DNA of 64,000 nucleotides from Eledone cirrhosa (GCA_964016885.1 OZ024745.1:88598001-88662000); one strand, 5' to 3'. Positions 1-12,461 are shown, counted from the first letter of the stretch. Numbers and translations are program-made. Notes: a model not told the origin generated them from the letters alone.

Positions 1-66
1 TCCCTGAAATATATATAATGAAATAAATATGGTTTTATAAATATAGTTTCCATTTATTTAATACCG
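1..66 (+). mobile_element. 3' half of a PLE-type terminus (hammerhead family A, cut by window edge)
   Basis: tccctGAAAtatatata-atgaaataaatatggttttataaa matches the 3' half and tail of the HHR at 44611-44720; followed by (TA)n. Confidence 0.7.
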
Positions 67-97
<31 letters not shown>

Positions 98-140
98 TTG
101 TGTGTGTGTGTGTTTGTATATATATATGTATATATATATA

Positions 141-211
<71 letters not shown>

Positions 212-259
212 TACATACATACATATATACACACACACACAATATCGAAGTCAATGAAT

Positions 260-577
260 GGTTTTCATAATGCAGACTGCCAGACATACAGACATATTAT
301 AAGGCCGCGACGTTATAGCTATGTATCTATCTAAAAAGACAGACTAAGAAAGAGAGAGGAATGTCGTATAACCGGAAGTGTTGACATTTAAACTTTTTAA
401 AGAAGTGAATATTTAAATAATATATTTAATCTTTTAACAAAATTTAATAGACAAGAACACCCTCACTTTCTTACTTGGAAAAAGTTACATTTATGGTGCA
501 AACTTGGTGCCTTTTGGTTCAGCTGTTTGACGAAAAGTTTGTTACATACATACGGCCGTCAGCTTTATTAGTATAGA
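260..577 (-). mobile_element. Non-autonomous Helitron-like fragment (5' end)
   Basis: Minus strand begins A|TCTATACTAATAAAGCTG, a typical Helitron 5' TC terminus; 265-360 is the reverse complement of 19110-19215 inside the Helitron at 18949-19838. Confidence 0.65.
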
Positions 578-1271
578 TATATATATGAAGCTATCCAATA
601 GAAACGATAAATGTTCAGTCGTTTTTGCACTCACTCCATAATTTAGTTAAGTCTGAATCATTAAGACACCAAGCCAAGGAAATTAGTGTGGACACTTATA
701 CGTTTATTCGTGAGAAAAACGATCTCGTGTGGGTAGGAAAATTGATTATCCGGCCTCTAGTGTGTGTGTATGTGTGTGTGTGTTTGTGTGTGTGTGTGTA
801 TGTGTGCGTGTGTGTGTGTGCGTGTGCGTGTGTATGTATGCGTGTGTGAGTGTGTATGTGTGTGTGATTTAATAGATTCTTTACCGTAGTCGACATGCAG
901 ATTGGTTAATATGATTTGAATATTGTTTGGTAGAGCGTAATATTTATGGCAGGATATTATGTAACTATTACACGTATATTCTTTGTAAATCTTACATGTG
1001 AAACGACTCTCTCTCTCTCTATGCCACTATCCCCCTCTCCCCTCTCTCTCTATATATATATACTCACACGCATACACACAGATATGTATATATACATACA
1101 TATATATATATATATATTTACATACATATATATACATATATATTTACATACATATTTATACATATATATTTACATACATATATATACATATATATATTTT
1201 TTTATTATATATATATATAAATATACATAAATAAATTTTTATATATATGTGTGTGTGTGTGTTTATATGTG

Positions 1272-1389
<118 letters not shown>

Positions 1390-1820
1390 CACGCATGGAA
1401 ATATATATTTGCATATACACGAAAATATATCAATTTCTATTTTTAACACGAGTTTGTAACAAATAATTGCTTTCATTGCTGGCGAACTTCTCAAATGTGC
1501 TTCCTGTTCACGTTATGTTTAATGTAGTATAGTGTGGCATTGGTAATTGTAGGAACTTCTTTACTACACTTTGGTAAACTTCCAACCTTTCGAGGCGAAT
1601 GATATTTTTTCCCATTTAAAATCTCAGTATCCTACTATATGTTTGTATGTATGTGTATATATATATCTATATACACACACACACATTTATATGTATATAT
1701 ATATGTATGTCAAGGCAACAATTATTTTGTAAAGGACATTCGGACTTCTTTCTACAATTACATTTCTTCTCAATGTTATTTCCAGACCTTAAACTATTCA
1801 CATTATTATTTACAGTTGAA

Positions 1821-2013
1821 TTGGCAGTATCGGTAGAGGGTTGGGCGCCATGCTTTCCAGCATAGTTACGTCCCTTTACGATCTGAGTTCAAATCGCGCC
1901 GAGGTTGACTTTGCCTTTCATCCTTACGGGGTCGATGAAATAAGGTACCAGTAATGCACTGGAATAATTGCTGCCCTTGTGCCAAAAGTAGAAATAATTA
2001 TTATTGTTATTAT
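1821..2013 (+). mobile_element. tRNA-derived SINE (family S1)
   Basis: A-box-like tggcagtatcggtagag, B box gagttcaaatc, central gcctttcatccttacggggtcgat, tail ccttgtgcc..agtagaaa + (ATT)n; more than 15 copies in the window. Confidence 0.85.
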
Positions 2014-2371
2014 TGCTAATTAAATGTTGGTTCAAATTAAGATTTTTACAATTTATTTTTGCTATATTTTGAACAATATTCATAGTTATTGAATAAGAAA
2101 GTTTAACTGTCTGTCTATTGAAAATAGAGTAATATTTAGGTGACCTAGGGAAGCATTTATCAAGGGCTTTAAAAAATAAGTGTGCTACCGGTGTTTTAAT
2201 AGCTAAAGATGCTGGCGGAGCATACCAAATTATAGATCTAGCTCTTTTTTTCCCCCGATTTATTCTTCAATTTGTTGTTTTTATATTCATTTTTATTATG
2301 ATTAGTGAGATTATAACTAAAGTTATTTTCAGTATTTTCTTCTATATACTCAATATTATTGTTATATCCAG

Positions 2372-2559
2372 AGGGTGTTAGATTGGCAGTATCGGTAGAG
2401 AGTTGGACACCATGCTTTGCAGCATAGAGTTACAGTGCTTTATCGTCTGAGTTCAAATCCCACCGAGGTAAACTTCGCCTTTCATCCTTACGGGGTCGAT
2501 AAAATAAAGTACCAGTAACGCACTGGGTAATTACTGGCCTTGTGCCAAAAGTAGAAACA
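2372..2559 (+). mobile_element. SINE S1 with 17-bp target-site duplication
   Basis: TSD attattgttatatccag at 2355-2371 and 2560-2576. Confidence 0.9.
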
Positions 2560-3069
2560 ATTATTGTTATATCCAGCTTTATGTAACGCTTCATTATAAT
2601 ATACAGCCTTACTAATAAATATGGATCTATTAGCAGACAGCCTGGATATTCGTTGTTGTACACTGTTGACTATTGCATTCTTAACACTTTTAGGATGATT
2701 AGAATAATAACTAATATAATTTAAATTCTAATTGAATTTATGGAAAGGATAATAAAGGCCTTAGTTCAAATTAAGAGTCACGTCTAAAAAATTAACTATT
2801 TTGTTATTATTTTCTACTTCTAATTTCAGGTCGTAATTTAAAAAATGTCTATAATTAGTTTATTTACTCTATTTAATTCACTATTATTATGTTTTTCAAC
2901 AATAAATAGTATGTCGTCTCTATATAAACCTCCAGTAATCTCCGGCAGTTTTCTATTTATCATGTTAAGGATAACAATTCCCCACAAGATCCGTAACTTG
3001 TGCCGAATCAGACGAACCCATAGTAATGTGAAAATTCTTCTGTCTATCTGATCTAGTCCAACGATCATG

Positions 3070-3255
3070 TGGATTGGCAGTATCGGTAGAGGGTCGAACG
3101 CCATGCTTTCCAGCATAGTTACGTCCCTTTATGATCTGAGTTCAAATCCCGCCGAGGTTGACTTTGCCTTTCATCCTTACGGGGTCGATAAAATAAAGTA
3201 CCAGTAATGCACTGGGTAATTGCTGGCCTTGTGCCTAAAGTAGAAACAATTATTA
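3070..3255 (+). mobile_element. SINE S1
   Basis: Full head, central domain and tail as in 1821-2013. Confidence 0.9.
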
Positions 3256-3734
3256 AAATCAATCAAAGTTCGCCTTGCTGTTAATATAATATGTATCTCA
3301 TCACTAGATAAGTCCGTCTGTTTATATGCATATGATAGCGCCTTATTTAAAAGATTAGGAGTTATCGAGGAATAATAACTCGGTATGTCCATTTGAATGA
3401 ACATATAACTATTTTTATTTTTAATATTATTGAACCAATCTATGACTTCACAAGTGCCTTTCCATAGGTTTAGCCATGACCTCAATTTAAGAGTTGGTAA
3501 AATCCTATCTATTATATTTTTACTAATTATTCCAAGATCTGATTTTGAAGGTACTATAAGTCTAACTGGCAGGTCCTCATTGAAATTACTTTTATCGCCT
3601 TTAAAATTTATCCGCGGATGTTTAGGTATGAAGGGTTCGTTAAACTTGCTTATTCACCAACTATGAATATTGCTCAAAATATAGCAAAAATAAATAGTAA
3701 AAATCTTAATTTGAACCAACATATAATTAGCAAT

Positions 3735-3916
3735 AATAACAATAATAATTGTTTCTACTTTTGGCACAAGGTCAGCAATTACCCAGTGTATTACTGGTAC
3801 TTTATTTTATCGACTCCGTAAGGATGAAAGGCAAAGTTAACCTCGGCGGGATTTGAACTCAGAATGGCAAGGGCTGTAACTCTATGCGTCAAAGCATGGC
3901 GTCCGATCCTCTACCG
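3735..3916 (-). mobile_element. SINE S1 at the position equivalent to 1821-2013 in the other PLE arm
   Basis: Same flanking PLE sequence (aattagcaataataacaataataat) as the 1821-2013 copy. Confidence 0.85.
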
Positions 3917-5668
3917 AATAACAATACATTAGTTAACAAGAATAACAATAATAGTTTAAATATGAATAATAGTAGAACACCTGTAAATAATAATGTGAAT
4001 AGTTTAAGGTCTGGAAATAACATTGAGAAGAAATGTAATTGTAGAATGAAGTCCGAATGTCCTTTTCAAAATAATTGCCTTGACAGGAATATAGTATATA
4101 AATGTACCATTAAGACAAATAATAATCATCTAAATTTAAGGAACGCTGGTATAATCACAGACAGTGTTTTACTAAACCAGATAAGAAATTTTCAACTTCA
4201 CTTTCACATTTAATATGGTCTTTATAATATGGTCTAAATACTCCATCTTTTGGACCAAGGTAAAGAAAACCAATTCCTATCAGAACGCAACTATTTCACA
4301 AAATTGCAATCTTTGAGACTCTACAGATAATTACAAATTATGACAATTTAATCAACAAAAAAAAAGAAAAAAGATTTATTCAGTAGTTGTCACCATAAAA
4401 TTGGTAAAACTTTCGAAGCATTGTACAAGTTTCAAAAAAATATTGTCAATCAATAATTTAATATATATATGCTTTTGCCTTATTGCGGTAATAAGTTATT
4501 TATATGTATTAGAATTATTTCATTAAGAGTCTCGTTATCCTATGTTTTGATTATGATAGTTCAATATTTAACTACACATCTTTTATGATATTTGCAATAG
4601 ATGATTTATGGTTTTCAAAATATCGCGGAATGTGTCAGTAGAGATATGTTATAAATGTTTATATGGTGAATGAGTTATCTTCCTTTTGTTTACGTTGTCC
4701 GTAAAAATTTCCTTTCTTTTTGACTAGCTTGTTGAAATATATTAGTTTTGAAATATGTAGACTATTAATATACAGACTATCATTAAAATGGAACTATATA
4801 TCAAAATAAGTAAATGCAGAAGTAAATATAACCTTTCATTAAATTAATGAAATTAAACTTTTGAGAGTAAATGTAACTGCAGTTTAATCCTAGAAATTAA
4901 ATGAAAATTAAAGATTATTGAAGATTTTATAAAGAGAATATCATAATTACATAATTTGAGAAATATAGGATCTAAATATATTATATGTATTGATGCTGAT
5001 TTATGTATGGTATTAAATTTTAATGGATATGTAATAATTATTTAAATACGCTTTAAAAATTAATTCTTTTAAAGTTGTAACTAAATATTTATGGAATATC
5101 TTACCTTAAAATTAAAAATAATAATTTATAATGAGTTAAATTAAATTATATACATTTTTAATTAAACGATATATGTGATTGCTATAGAAAATAATCTATA
5201 CTGATTAATTTTGATATAATATATAAGTATAATTAGCTAATGCATAATCGAATACTAAAGATATTCAATTGTTTAGTTGAATTGATTGGATGTCCTATTT
5301 GATCTTGAATTTGAAAGCAACGTTTTTTTCTCTATCCCCCGCTGTTTGATGCTTCCTTTATTTTTCTTTATTTTCCTTACACTTTCCATCTTTAGTCGTT
5401 ATTCCTCTTTTCTTTTTTATATATTTCTTTTACTCATTCATTCTTTTATCTATTTATGTATGTATTTATATATGTATTTATTTATTTTTTCTTGCCTTTC
5501 CTCCTATGTACACCCTCTCTCATATCTCTAATTTGCTCTACGTCCTTTTCTTCTTTAAGTTTATCATATTATTTGTGGTATATAAACATTGAGATTTGAT
5601 GAAATAAATCACTGCCAATACTGGAATTGTATAATCAACACCGTAGCGGTATGTCATATATCAAATCA

Positions 5669-5739
5669 TATATTTTATCTGATGAATACGTACTAAAAAA
5701 AAACACACAGTACCTTTGAAATATATATAATAAAGTATA
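5669..5739 (+). ncRNA. Type I hammerhead ribozyme motif, family A
   Basis: tattttat-CTGATGA-..gtact..agtac..-GAAA-tatata-TA-ataaagta; short self-complementary stem III; base of stem II decayed. Confidence 0.65.
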
Positions 5740-5908
5740 TATTTTGATTATCTGAATATCTTCATTTGTTAATATTTTTAATAATATATATATACATATA
5801 TATACATATACATGTATATATCTGTGTATCTATATACATACACACATATATATGTATATATATATATATATGTATATATATATGTGTCTATATATATATA
5901 TACACACC

Positions 5909-5986
<78 letters not shown>

Positions 5987-7111
5987 TTAGAAATATCTAT
6001 CAACGAAATCATAAACATTACACAAAATTGTTTAAATGGTTTTCGTTTTTTTTTAACAATTTGATTTAAAGAAATGTCACAGACGTTTGCATAAAAGGGT
6101 ATGCCAAAAGTGCTCCCAAGTGTTTCTGTTACCACGTTCAATCGTGATACAACAACATCTGTTGATAGTCTGTTCGTTTAATAATTGAAATATGCAAATA
6201 ATATTGCAGGTAACAAACAAAATCGTTTAACTATGTTTTCTAAACAATTAAACATTATAAGTTACTTTCATATCGAATGAATAGAAGTAAACATACACAT
6301 ACACACACGTACACCAGGTACGAATACAGAGTAACCGAACTCCCAACTGTCATCGCCTCCATCTCTCTCGCCCTCCCCATCTCTCAATATTATGAACGAA
6401 TGGGGTCCCACACGCTGGGGGCTCCACGGCGGACAAAATGGAGGAGGCAAATTAAACTGTCCGTGCACTGTTTATTAATGTGCATATTGATACGGAATTC
6501 AGATCTTGTGTTCACTGAGAGAACGCAAATTTTATCGTCAGAAGTTTATTTAACAAATCTCCTCATTTCAATTGAGCGCCCACAAAATGGATAATCGATA
6601 ATCGAACAGACAATTACGAGACTTTCAAAATATTCACCTGCCATGTCGGTACTCAATTAGACTTCTGAAGTCAACACTTCAAAGCCGACAAACATACACT
6701 GACGTATACAAAGAAATAGCGTGAAATAGTTATATAGATATATCAGTAGATAGTTCAGATAAATATATAGGCAAACACATTTTGGCTGACTCTATCAAGT
6801 ATACTAGCTCACAGTTAATTATATGTTATTCAAGGAAATATCTGCTTAAAGTGGGTAGGACTGTACTTCAGCGAGAAGGCCCAATATGAATAAAACATGT
6901 ATAATGTTATCAATGTAATTGGCGTAAACTAGATACAACCTTTACTGAATGCTTTAGGGTGGATTTGTTACTTTTATAAGTTCTCTAATCCTCAATTTGC
7001 CACAACACAAACATTCTTCTGTTTATGTTTCAATAATCAACTGCAGCAGCAAAAGTGCTGACCGTAGAAAGTAAGAAGGATATATATACATATATATATA
7101 TACATATATAT

Positions 7112-8062
7112 ATAATGAAAAATTGAACAGGGACAGAACAGAGAGGCAGTACGATAAATGTTTATTAAATTCACGCTCAGGAGAGTGGGGGGTAGGTGGG
7201 GGACGACGTTTCGGGCATAAGCCCTTCTTCAGGTGAGAGTTCAAAAGGTGTGTAGGGGAGTGGTGGAGAGACATATAGCGAAAGGAAACGGTGCGAATGA
7301 AAAATTAACAAATAAAGACAAAAATATAATAAATAATAAATAAAAATAAAGCATGATCAAAATACAAGGAATGAGAAAATTTAAAATAAAGGCATGATCA
7401 AAATAAACTGAAATTAAAAGGGGGGTAAACATGTGGTGGAAGGGTGTGGGGTGAGTAGAGGTGGTGGCGGGTGGAGTGGGGAGAGGGAGACGGGGTGTCC
7501 GAGCGGGGAGGGCTGAAGGTGGTGTGTGTGGTTAGGTGTGCGTGTGTGTGTGTGAGTGTGTATGTGAAAGTGAGGGTTGGGGGAAGAACGGGGTTGCATG
7601 TTCAGGAAGGTGTGTGTGGGGGTGTTTTTGTGGGTCGGAGGGTCTGTGCGTGTGTGGATAGGGGGTGGGGGAGAGGAATCAGGGGCCTGAGGGTGTAAAT
7701 ATGTGGTGGGAAGCACGTGTGTGTGGTTTAAGCGTGATGTGGGTGTGGGTGGCGTGTGGATAAAAAAAATTGTTTTGGGGTGTGTGTGTGGGTGAGTTAT
7801 ATAGGTGATGGTGTAAGAGGATGGTTGAAAGTGGTAAGTTACACGGATGTATGGAGATTTTGGTTAGAAGTCAAAACGCGTGTGGGTAATCCAAGAAGCG
7901 GTGGTCGGAAGAGGAGAGATGTGGGTGCGCGCGCAACAGGAAGTGGTCAGCAGTGGAAGTGCTGTGGTCAGTTGGTGCTGAGACAGTGGTCGGAAGGGCA
8001 TAGCAGCAGTCGGCGGAATGGTAGGGAGGCGAGGATGGGTAGGTGTGAGAGTTGGAGTGAGG

Positions 8063-8093
<31 letters not shown>

Positions 8094-8972
8094 ATTAGTA
8101 GGGGTGTTAGTGGGATGAGTGAGTGTGAAGTGGGGAGAGAAGGGTGTGTGTGGTTCTATGGAGGGAGTGTGGTGTACTGGTGTGTGTGTAGTTTGGTGGA
8201 GAGGTGTTAGTGGGTGTTAGTATACGGGAGGTGTGGGGGGTGCATGTGTGAGTGGGGGTTAGTGGGGGTAGGGTGTGTAGAGTTGGTGGTGTACGAGGGT
8301 GTGTGGGTACGTGTGCGTGGGGTTGGAGGGTGTTAGTGATGTTAGTTGCGTGTGGGGTGGGTGGTGCAAGTGGGTGCGTGTGTGCGTGTGATAAGGAGGG
8401 GGGAGGAGGAGAAGAAGGGAGGGAAGGGATGTTAGTATGTTAGTTGGGGAAGGGTGGTCAGATGAGGGGTGGAGTGGAGGTGTTAGTATTGTTAGTGTGG
8501 GGTGGGCGGTGAAAAGGAGGGGTGTGTTAGTGGTGTTAGTGGGGGATGAGTGGGGGGAGGGGGCGGTCGAACGCTAAAGGAATAAGGGTGGGGAGTTCAG
8601 GCCGGGGGGAGTGTGGGTCTGTAAGATGAAGATAGTACGTTGTTCGACCGTAAGGCGATGGGCGGGTGTTCCGTGGCACTGGAGTAGGCCACAGACTGTG
8701 AGATGGCGTGCGGAGTGTCCAGGGCCACCAAAGTGGCGGGCGATGGGGGAACTGCCCCCGAGACGAATGTCCCGGAGGTGCTCCGTGACTCTGTCCGCCA
8801 GGCGGCGTCCCGTCTGTCCGACATAAGTCGCGCTGCACCTCGTGCAACGAAGTCCGTAGACTAGGTTGGAGGAGGTGCAGCGGAAGGCATGCCGGACCGA
8901 GAGAGGGTGGCCGTTGGGACCCTGGAAGGTGGTGGTGTTGGTGATGTGGGGACAGGTGTTGCAGCGAAGCCT
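7112..8972 (-). mobile_element. 5'-truncated Penelope-like element: Cys-rich GIY-YIG end, long C/A-rich 3' region, HHR
   Basis: RCNTCPHI...CTSSNLVYGLRCTRCSATYVGQTGRRLADRVTEH at 8577-8972; HHR at 7203-7234; aataaa downstream; both ends in (TA)n. Confidence 0.9.
7203..7234 (-). ncRNA. Minimal hammerhead motif of the classic PLE type
   Basis: ac-CTGAAGA-a-gggc-ttat-gccc-GAAAC-GTC-gt; palindromic ACGT stem III. Confidence 0.85.
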
Positions 8973-9023
8973 AGAATATATATATACATATATGTAAATA
9001 TATATACATACACACACACACAA

Positions 9024-9087
<64 letters not shown>

Positions 9088-9089
9088 AT

Positions 9090-9258
9090 GACTGCCAATA
9101 TTGGAATTGAACCATCAAGACCGTTGAGGTATGTCATACATCCATTCATGTATTTTATCTGACGAGGTCGTACTGAAAAACAGAACCTTACCTTCGAAAT
9201 ATATATAATAAAATATATATTTCGATTATGTGAAAGTTCTTCATTTATTAATATTTTG

Positions 9259-9263
<5 letters not shown>
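9090..9263 (+). mobile_element. Solo PLE 3' terminus with family A HHR (9151-9215)
   Basis: Homologous to 5610-5785; tattttat-CTGACGA...GAAA-tatata-TA-ataaaata. Confidence 0.75.
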
Positions 9264-9321
<58 letters not shown>

Positions 9322-9357
9322 CATATATATATATAAATCCTCCTCTCTATCTCTGTC

Positions 9358-9388
<31 letters not shown>

Positions 9389-9452
9389 TTAGCCCCATTT
9401 CTTGACCACTGTATCACATGATAGGGTCTCCCTCCGCCTTTATCCATGAGGT

Positions 9453-9544
9453 ATTCCCTTGAAAATCGGCAAACATCACAAAAATGTTACATCGCTATGT
9501 TATAGGATTTTTGCATAGTAGCCCGAAACTGTACAGTCGGGAAT
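9453..9544 (+). ncRNA. Candidate type I hammerhead with U3-A8 core variant and branched stem II
   Basis: attccc-TTGAAAA-tcggc...gccc-GAAA-ctg-ta-cag-TC-gggaat; 6-bp stem I, 4-bp stem III, GUC site. Confidence 0.65.
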
Positions 9545-9786
9545 TTGAAGACAAAATGGGTATTTATTTATGTCTAATATTTCTTCTTTCTTCATAATGT
9601 ATTACATAGCTATGATAAAGAGTCAATGTAATCATTCCGATTGTCTTGTCTCTCATAGTCATAGAGCAACGCTGGTTAAGGTTGACAACACACAATCTCA
9701 CATACTAGCGAAAAACGTATGTGTATATATGCAAGTTGCGACGGTAAACAGAAACAAACGTGGAAGCGAAGAGGCAGTACAAAAGT

Positions 9787-9848
<62 letters not shown>

Positions 9849-9853
<5 letters not shown>

Positions 9854-10068
9854 AAATTGAGGTTGGTAATGGCACATGGAATATATAAGAGACAGAATAC
9901 TTTTTTGTGAAAAAACATAATTTTATAAGGTAAGGAAATAATAAAGGGTATAATTTCCTTACCTTATTCCTTACCTTATTTCCTTACCTTATAAAATTAT
10001 GTTTTTTCACAAAAAAGTATTCTGTCTCTTATATATTCCATGTGCCATTACCAACCTCAATTTTCTCT
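9849..10068. repeat. Inverted repeat, 93-bp arms, stuttered spacer
   Basis: 9849-9941 is the reverse complement of 9976-10068; spacer holds extra ttccttacctta copies. Confidence 0.95.
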
Positions 10069-10120
10069 ATAACCTTCGTTTTGTGTAGAAAATTACACTT
10101 TTCATATATATATATATATA

Positions 10121-10854
10121 TTAAACAATTAAGTTAAAGTGTACATCTACATATGTATACGGAAGTATTAGTATGCATATAAATACACACATGTATACAT
10201 ATGTACATGTACTCAGCTTTTCACTAGACACTTTACAGTGAGTGTCAGCTAGTCTGTATGTAACCACACAGGCGGACCGGGTTTTAGAGTCATACGAGTT
10301 TTCAAGGAAACACATTTCCTCTATTCGCCAGAGGGCCAGACAGGAATATTGGACTAGTTTCGATGATATTACATCTCATCAGCAATATTTACCCATCTTC
10401 CGGCTTCTCTGGAGAATTGTAAAAGCACATATCGTTATATGCTTTTTCTATGAAAATTAGTAGTGGGTAGACTAATTTGCATAGAACGTTCTATGCAAAT
10501 TAGTCTACCCACTACTAATTTTCATAGAAAAAGCATATAACGATATGTGCTTTTACAATTCTCCAGAGAAGCCGGAAGATGGGTAAATATTGCTGATGAG
10601 ATGTAATAACATCGAAACTAGTCCAATATTCCTGTCTGGCCCTCTGGAGAATAGAGGAAATGTGTTTCCTTGAAAACTCGTATGACTCTAAAACCCGGTC
10701 CGCCTGTGTGGTTACATACAGACTAGCTGACACTCACTGTAAAGTGTCTAGTGAAAAGCTGAGTACATGTACATATGTATACATGTGTGTATTTATATGC
10801 ATACTAATACTTCCGTATACATATGTAGATGTACACTTTAACTTAATTGTTTAA
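10121..10854. repeat. Near-perfect 734-bp palindrome centred on AACGTT (10485-10490)
   Basis: 367-bp arms with only 2 mismatches seen; left arm carries an inverted HHR at 10345-10389. Confidence 0.95.
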
Positions 10855-11860
10855 GCGTCAGTCATACAAAAGTGAGTTAGAAGCGAAACAAAATTTAATT
10901 TCGTTTCGTTATTTGTTTTTATCGTTTCCGCTGAACCGGTGCGTACAATGACTCACGTTCTATGCAAATTAGTCTACCCACTACTAATTTTCATAGAAAA
11001 AGCATATAACGATATGTGCTTTTACAATTCTCCAGAGAAGCCGGAAGATGGGTAAATATTGCTGATGAGATGTAATAACATCGAAACTAGTCCAATATTC
11101 CTGTCTGGCCCTCTGGAGAATAGAGGAAATGTGTTTCCTTGAAAACTCGTATGACTCTAAAACCCGGTCCGCCTGTGTGGTTACATACAGACTAGCTGAC
11201 ACTCACTGTAAAGTGTCTAGTGAAAAGCTGAGTACATGTACATATGTATACATGTGTGTATTTATATGCATACTAATACTTCCGTATACATATGTAGATG
11301 TACACTTTAACTTAATTGTTTAAGCGTCAGTCATACAAAAGTGAGTTAGAAGCGAAACGAAATTTAATTTCGTTTCGTTATTTGTTTTTATCGTTTCCGC
11401 TGAACCGGTGCGTACAATGACTCACGTTCTATGAAAATTAGTCTACCCACTACTAATTTTCATAGAAAAAGCATATAACGATATGTGCTTTTACAATTCT
11501 CCAGAGAAGCCGGAAGATGGGTAAATATTGCTGATGAGATGTAATAACATCGAAACTAGTCCAATATTCCTGTCTGGCTCTCTGGAGAATAGAGGAAATG
11601 TGTTTCCTTGAAAACTCGTATGACTCTAAAACCCGGTCCGCCTGTGTGGTTACATACAGACTAGCTGACACTCACTGTAAAGTGTCTAGTGAAAAGCTGA
11701 CTACATGTACATATGTATACATGTGTGTATTTATATGCATACTAATACTTCCGTATACATATGTAGATGTACACTTTAACTTAATTGTTTAAGCGTCAGT
11801 CATACAAAAGTGAGTTAGAAGCGAAACGAAATTTAATTTCGTTTCGTTATTTGTTTTTAT
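10486..11860 (+). mobile_element. 469-bp tandem array (about 2.9 units), one hammerhead per unit; retrozyme-like
   Basis: Units start at 10486, 10955 and 11424; nearly identical; non-coding; flanked by (TA)n. Confidence 0.9.
10586..10630 (+). ncRNA. Type I hammerhead ribozyme (copies at 11055-11099, 11524-11568; inverted at 10345-10389)
   Basis: aatattg-CTGATGA-gatgt-aata-acatc-GAAA-ctag-TC-caatatt; perfect core, 7-bp stem I, palindromic ACTAGT stem III, GUC site at 10621-10623. Confidence 0.93.
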
Positions 11861-11869
11861 ATATATATT

Positions 11870-12358
11870 ATGTCTGTTTAATAACGCTGGTCGAGACATT
11901 TATTCGGTTTGTGGAAAGGAATGTATTCCTTTGTTCAAAATTTGAATGTTGACCGTCAAAAATCGGGGGTTACCTCTCTTTGGGAAAACCATATGACTGC
12001 TAAAACTCACACCCGGCATGGCAGAGAACGGATACCTTTTGAGAAAGGGAAACCTCTGTTCGATATTCCAAAACCAATAACTTGCATACCTCGCAAGTGG
12101 ATTTTGTTGATTTCGTATTCACAGAAACCTAGCAGAGATATTGCATAATATTGTCGCAATGGTCCAGGTTTGTCAAATTATCCTCAGTCGGTTTCCTCGT
12201 GGCTTTGGTCCCTGCGGCTTGCTTACCGGTCTTCAATTTGCAAAGCTGTCTAAAAATAACGTTATAACTCTAAGGTAAAATACCTTATTGAGTGCTTAGC
12301 TGCACATTCCGATTGCATTCGTTAGCTTTCCTGCAGCCAGAGCTTCGATTAGGCTGAA
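11870..12358. repeat. Unclassified interspersed repeat (also at 24036-24585 and 24745-24835)
   Basis: Shared blocks ggggttacctctctttgg, attttgttgatttcg..cagaaacct, atggtccaggtttgt and tacctt..gctgcac. Confidence 0.7.
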
Positions 12359-12461
12359 CTGTCGGGGTCATACATTTTCCTATTACCCACTCTACTACCC
12401 TAAGTATTGAGTACTCTGGTGCGTTATGGTCCATCTGGTTCCTTACCACAACGCCTTCGTT
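12359..12461 (+). mobile_element. Tail-only copy of fold-back family F
   Basis: ctgtcggggtcatac...ccttaccaca..ccttcgttata matches the long arm of 32746-32937 and 43030-43228. Confidence 0.85.

Larger units (their letters stand above)
1709..3638 (-). pseudogene. Decayed Penelope-like element, RT/thumb/linker region (inverted arm), interrupted by 3 SINEs
   Basis: Minus-strand fragments EVIDWFNNIKNKN..FIQMDIPSYYSSIT..LL.KAL (3177-3485), GGLYRDDIL (2838-3116), RSIIWYAPP...IFNRQTVKLSYS (~2100-2240) and KCNCR..ECP (~1710-1790); colinear with the PLE at 19960-22660. Confidence 0.85.
3639..5785 (+). mobile_element. Penelope-like element 3' part: GIY-YIG remnant, AT-rich 3' region, terminal HHR
   Basis: KKCNCRMKSECPFQNNCLDRNIVYKC (3884-4213); 3639-4085 is an inverted copy of 1709-2107; ends in an HHR and (TA)n. 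Confidence 0.75.

Noticed and set aside
10121-11792. Repeated 64-aa and 72-aa ORFs
   Set aside because: By-products of the 469-bp repeat; no recognisable domain; non-ATG start for one.
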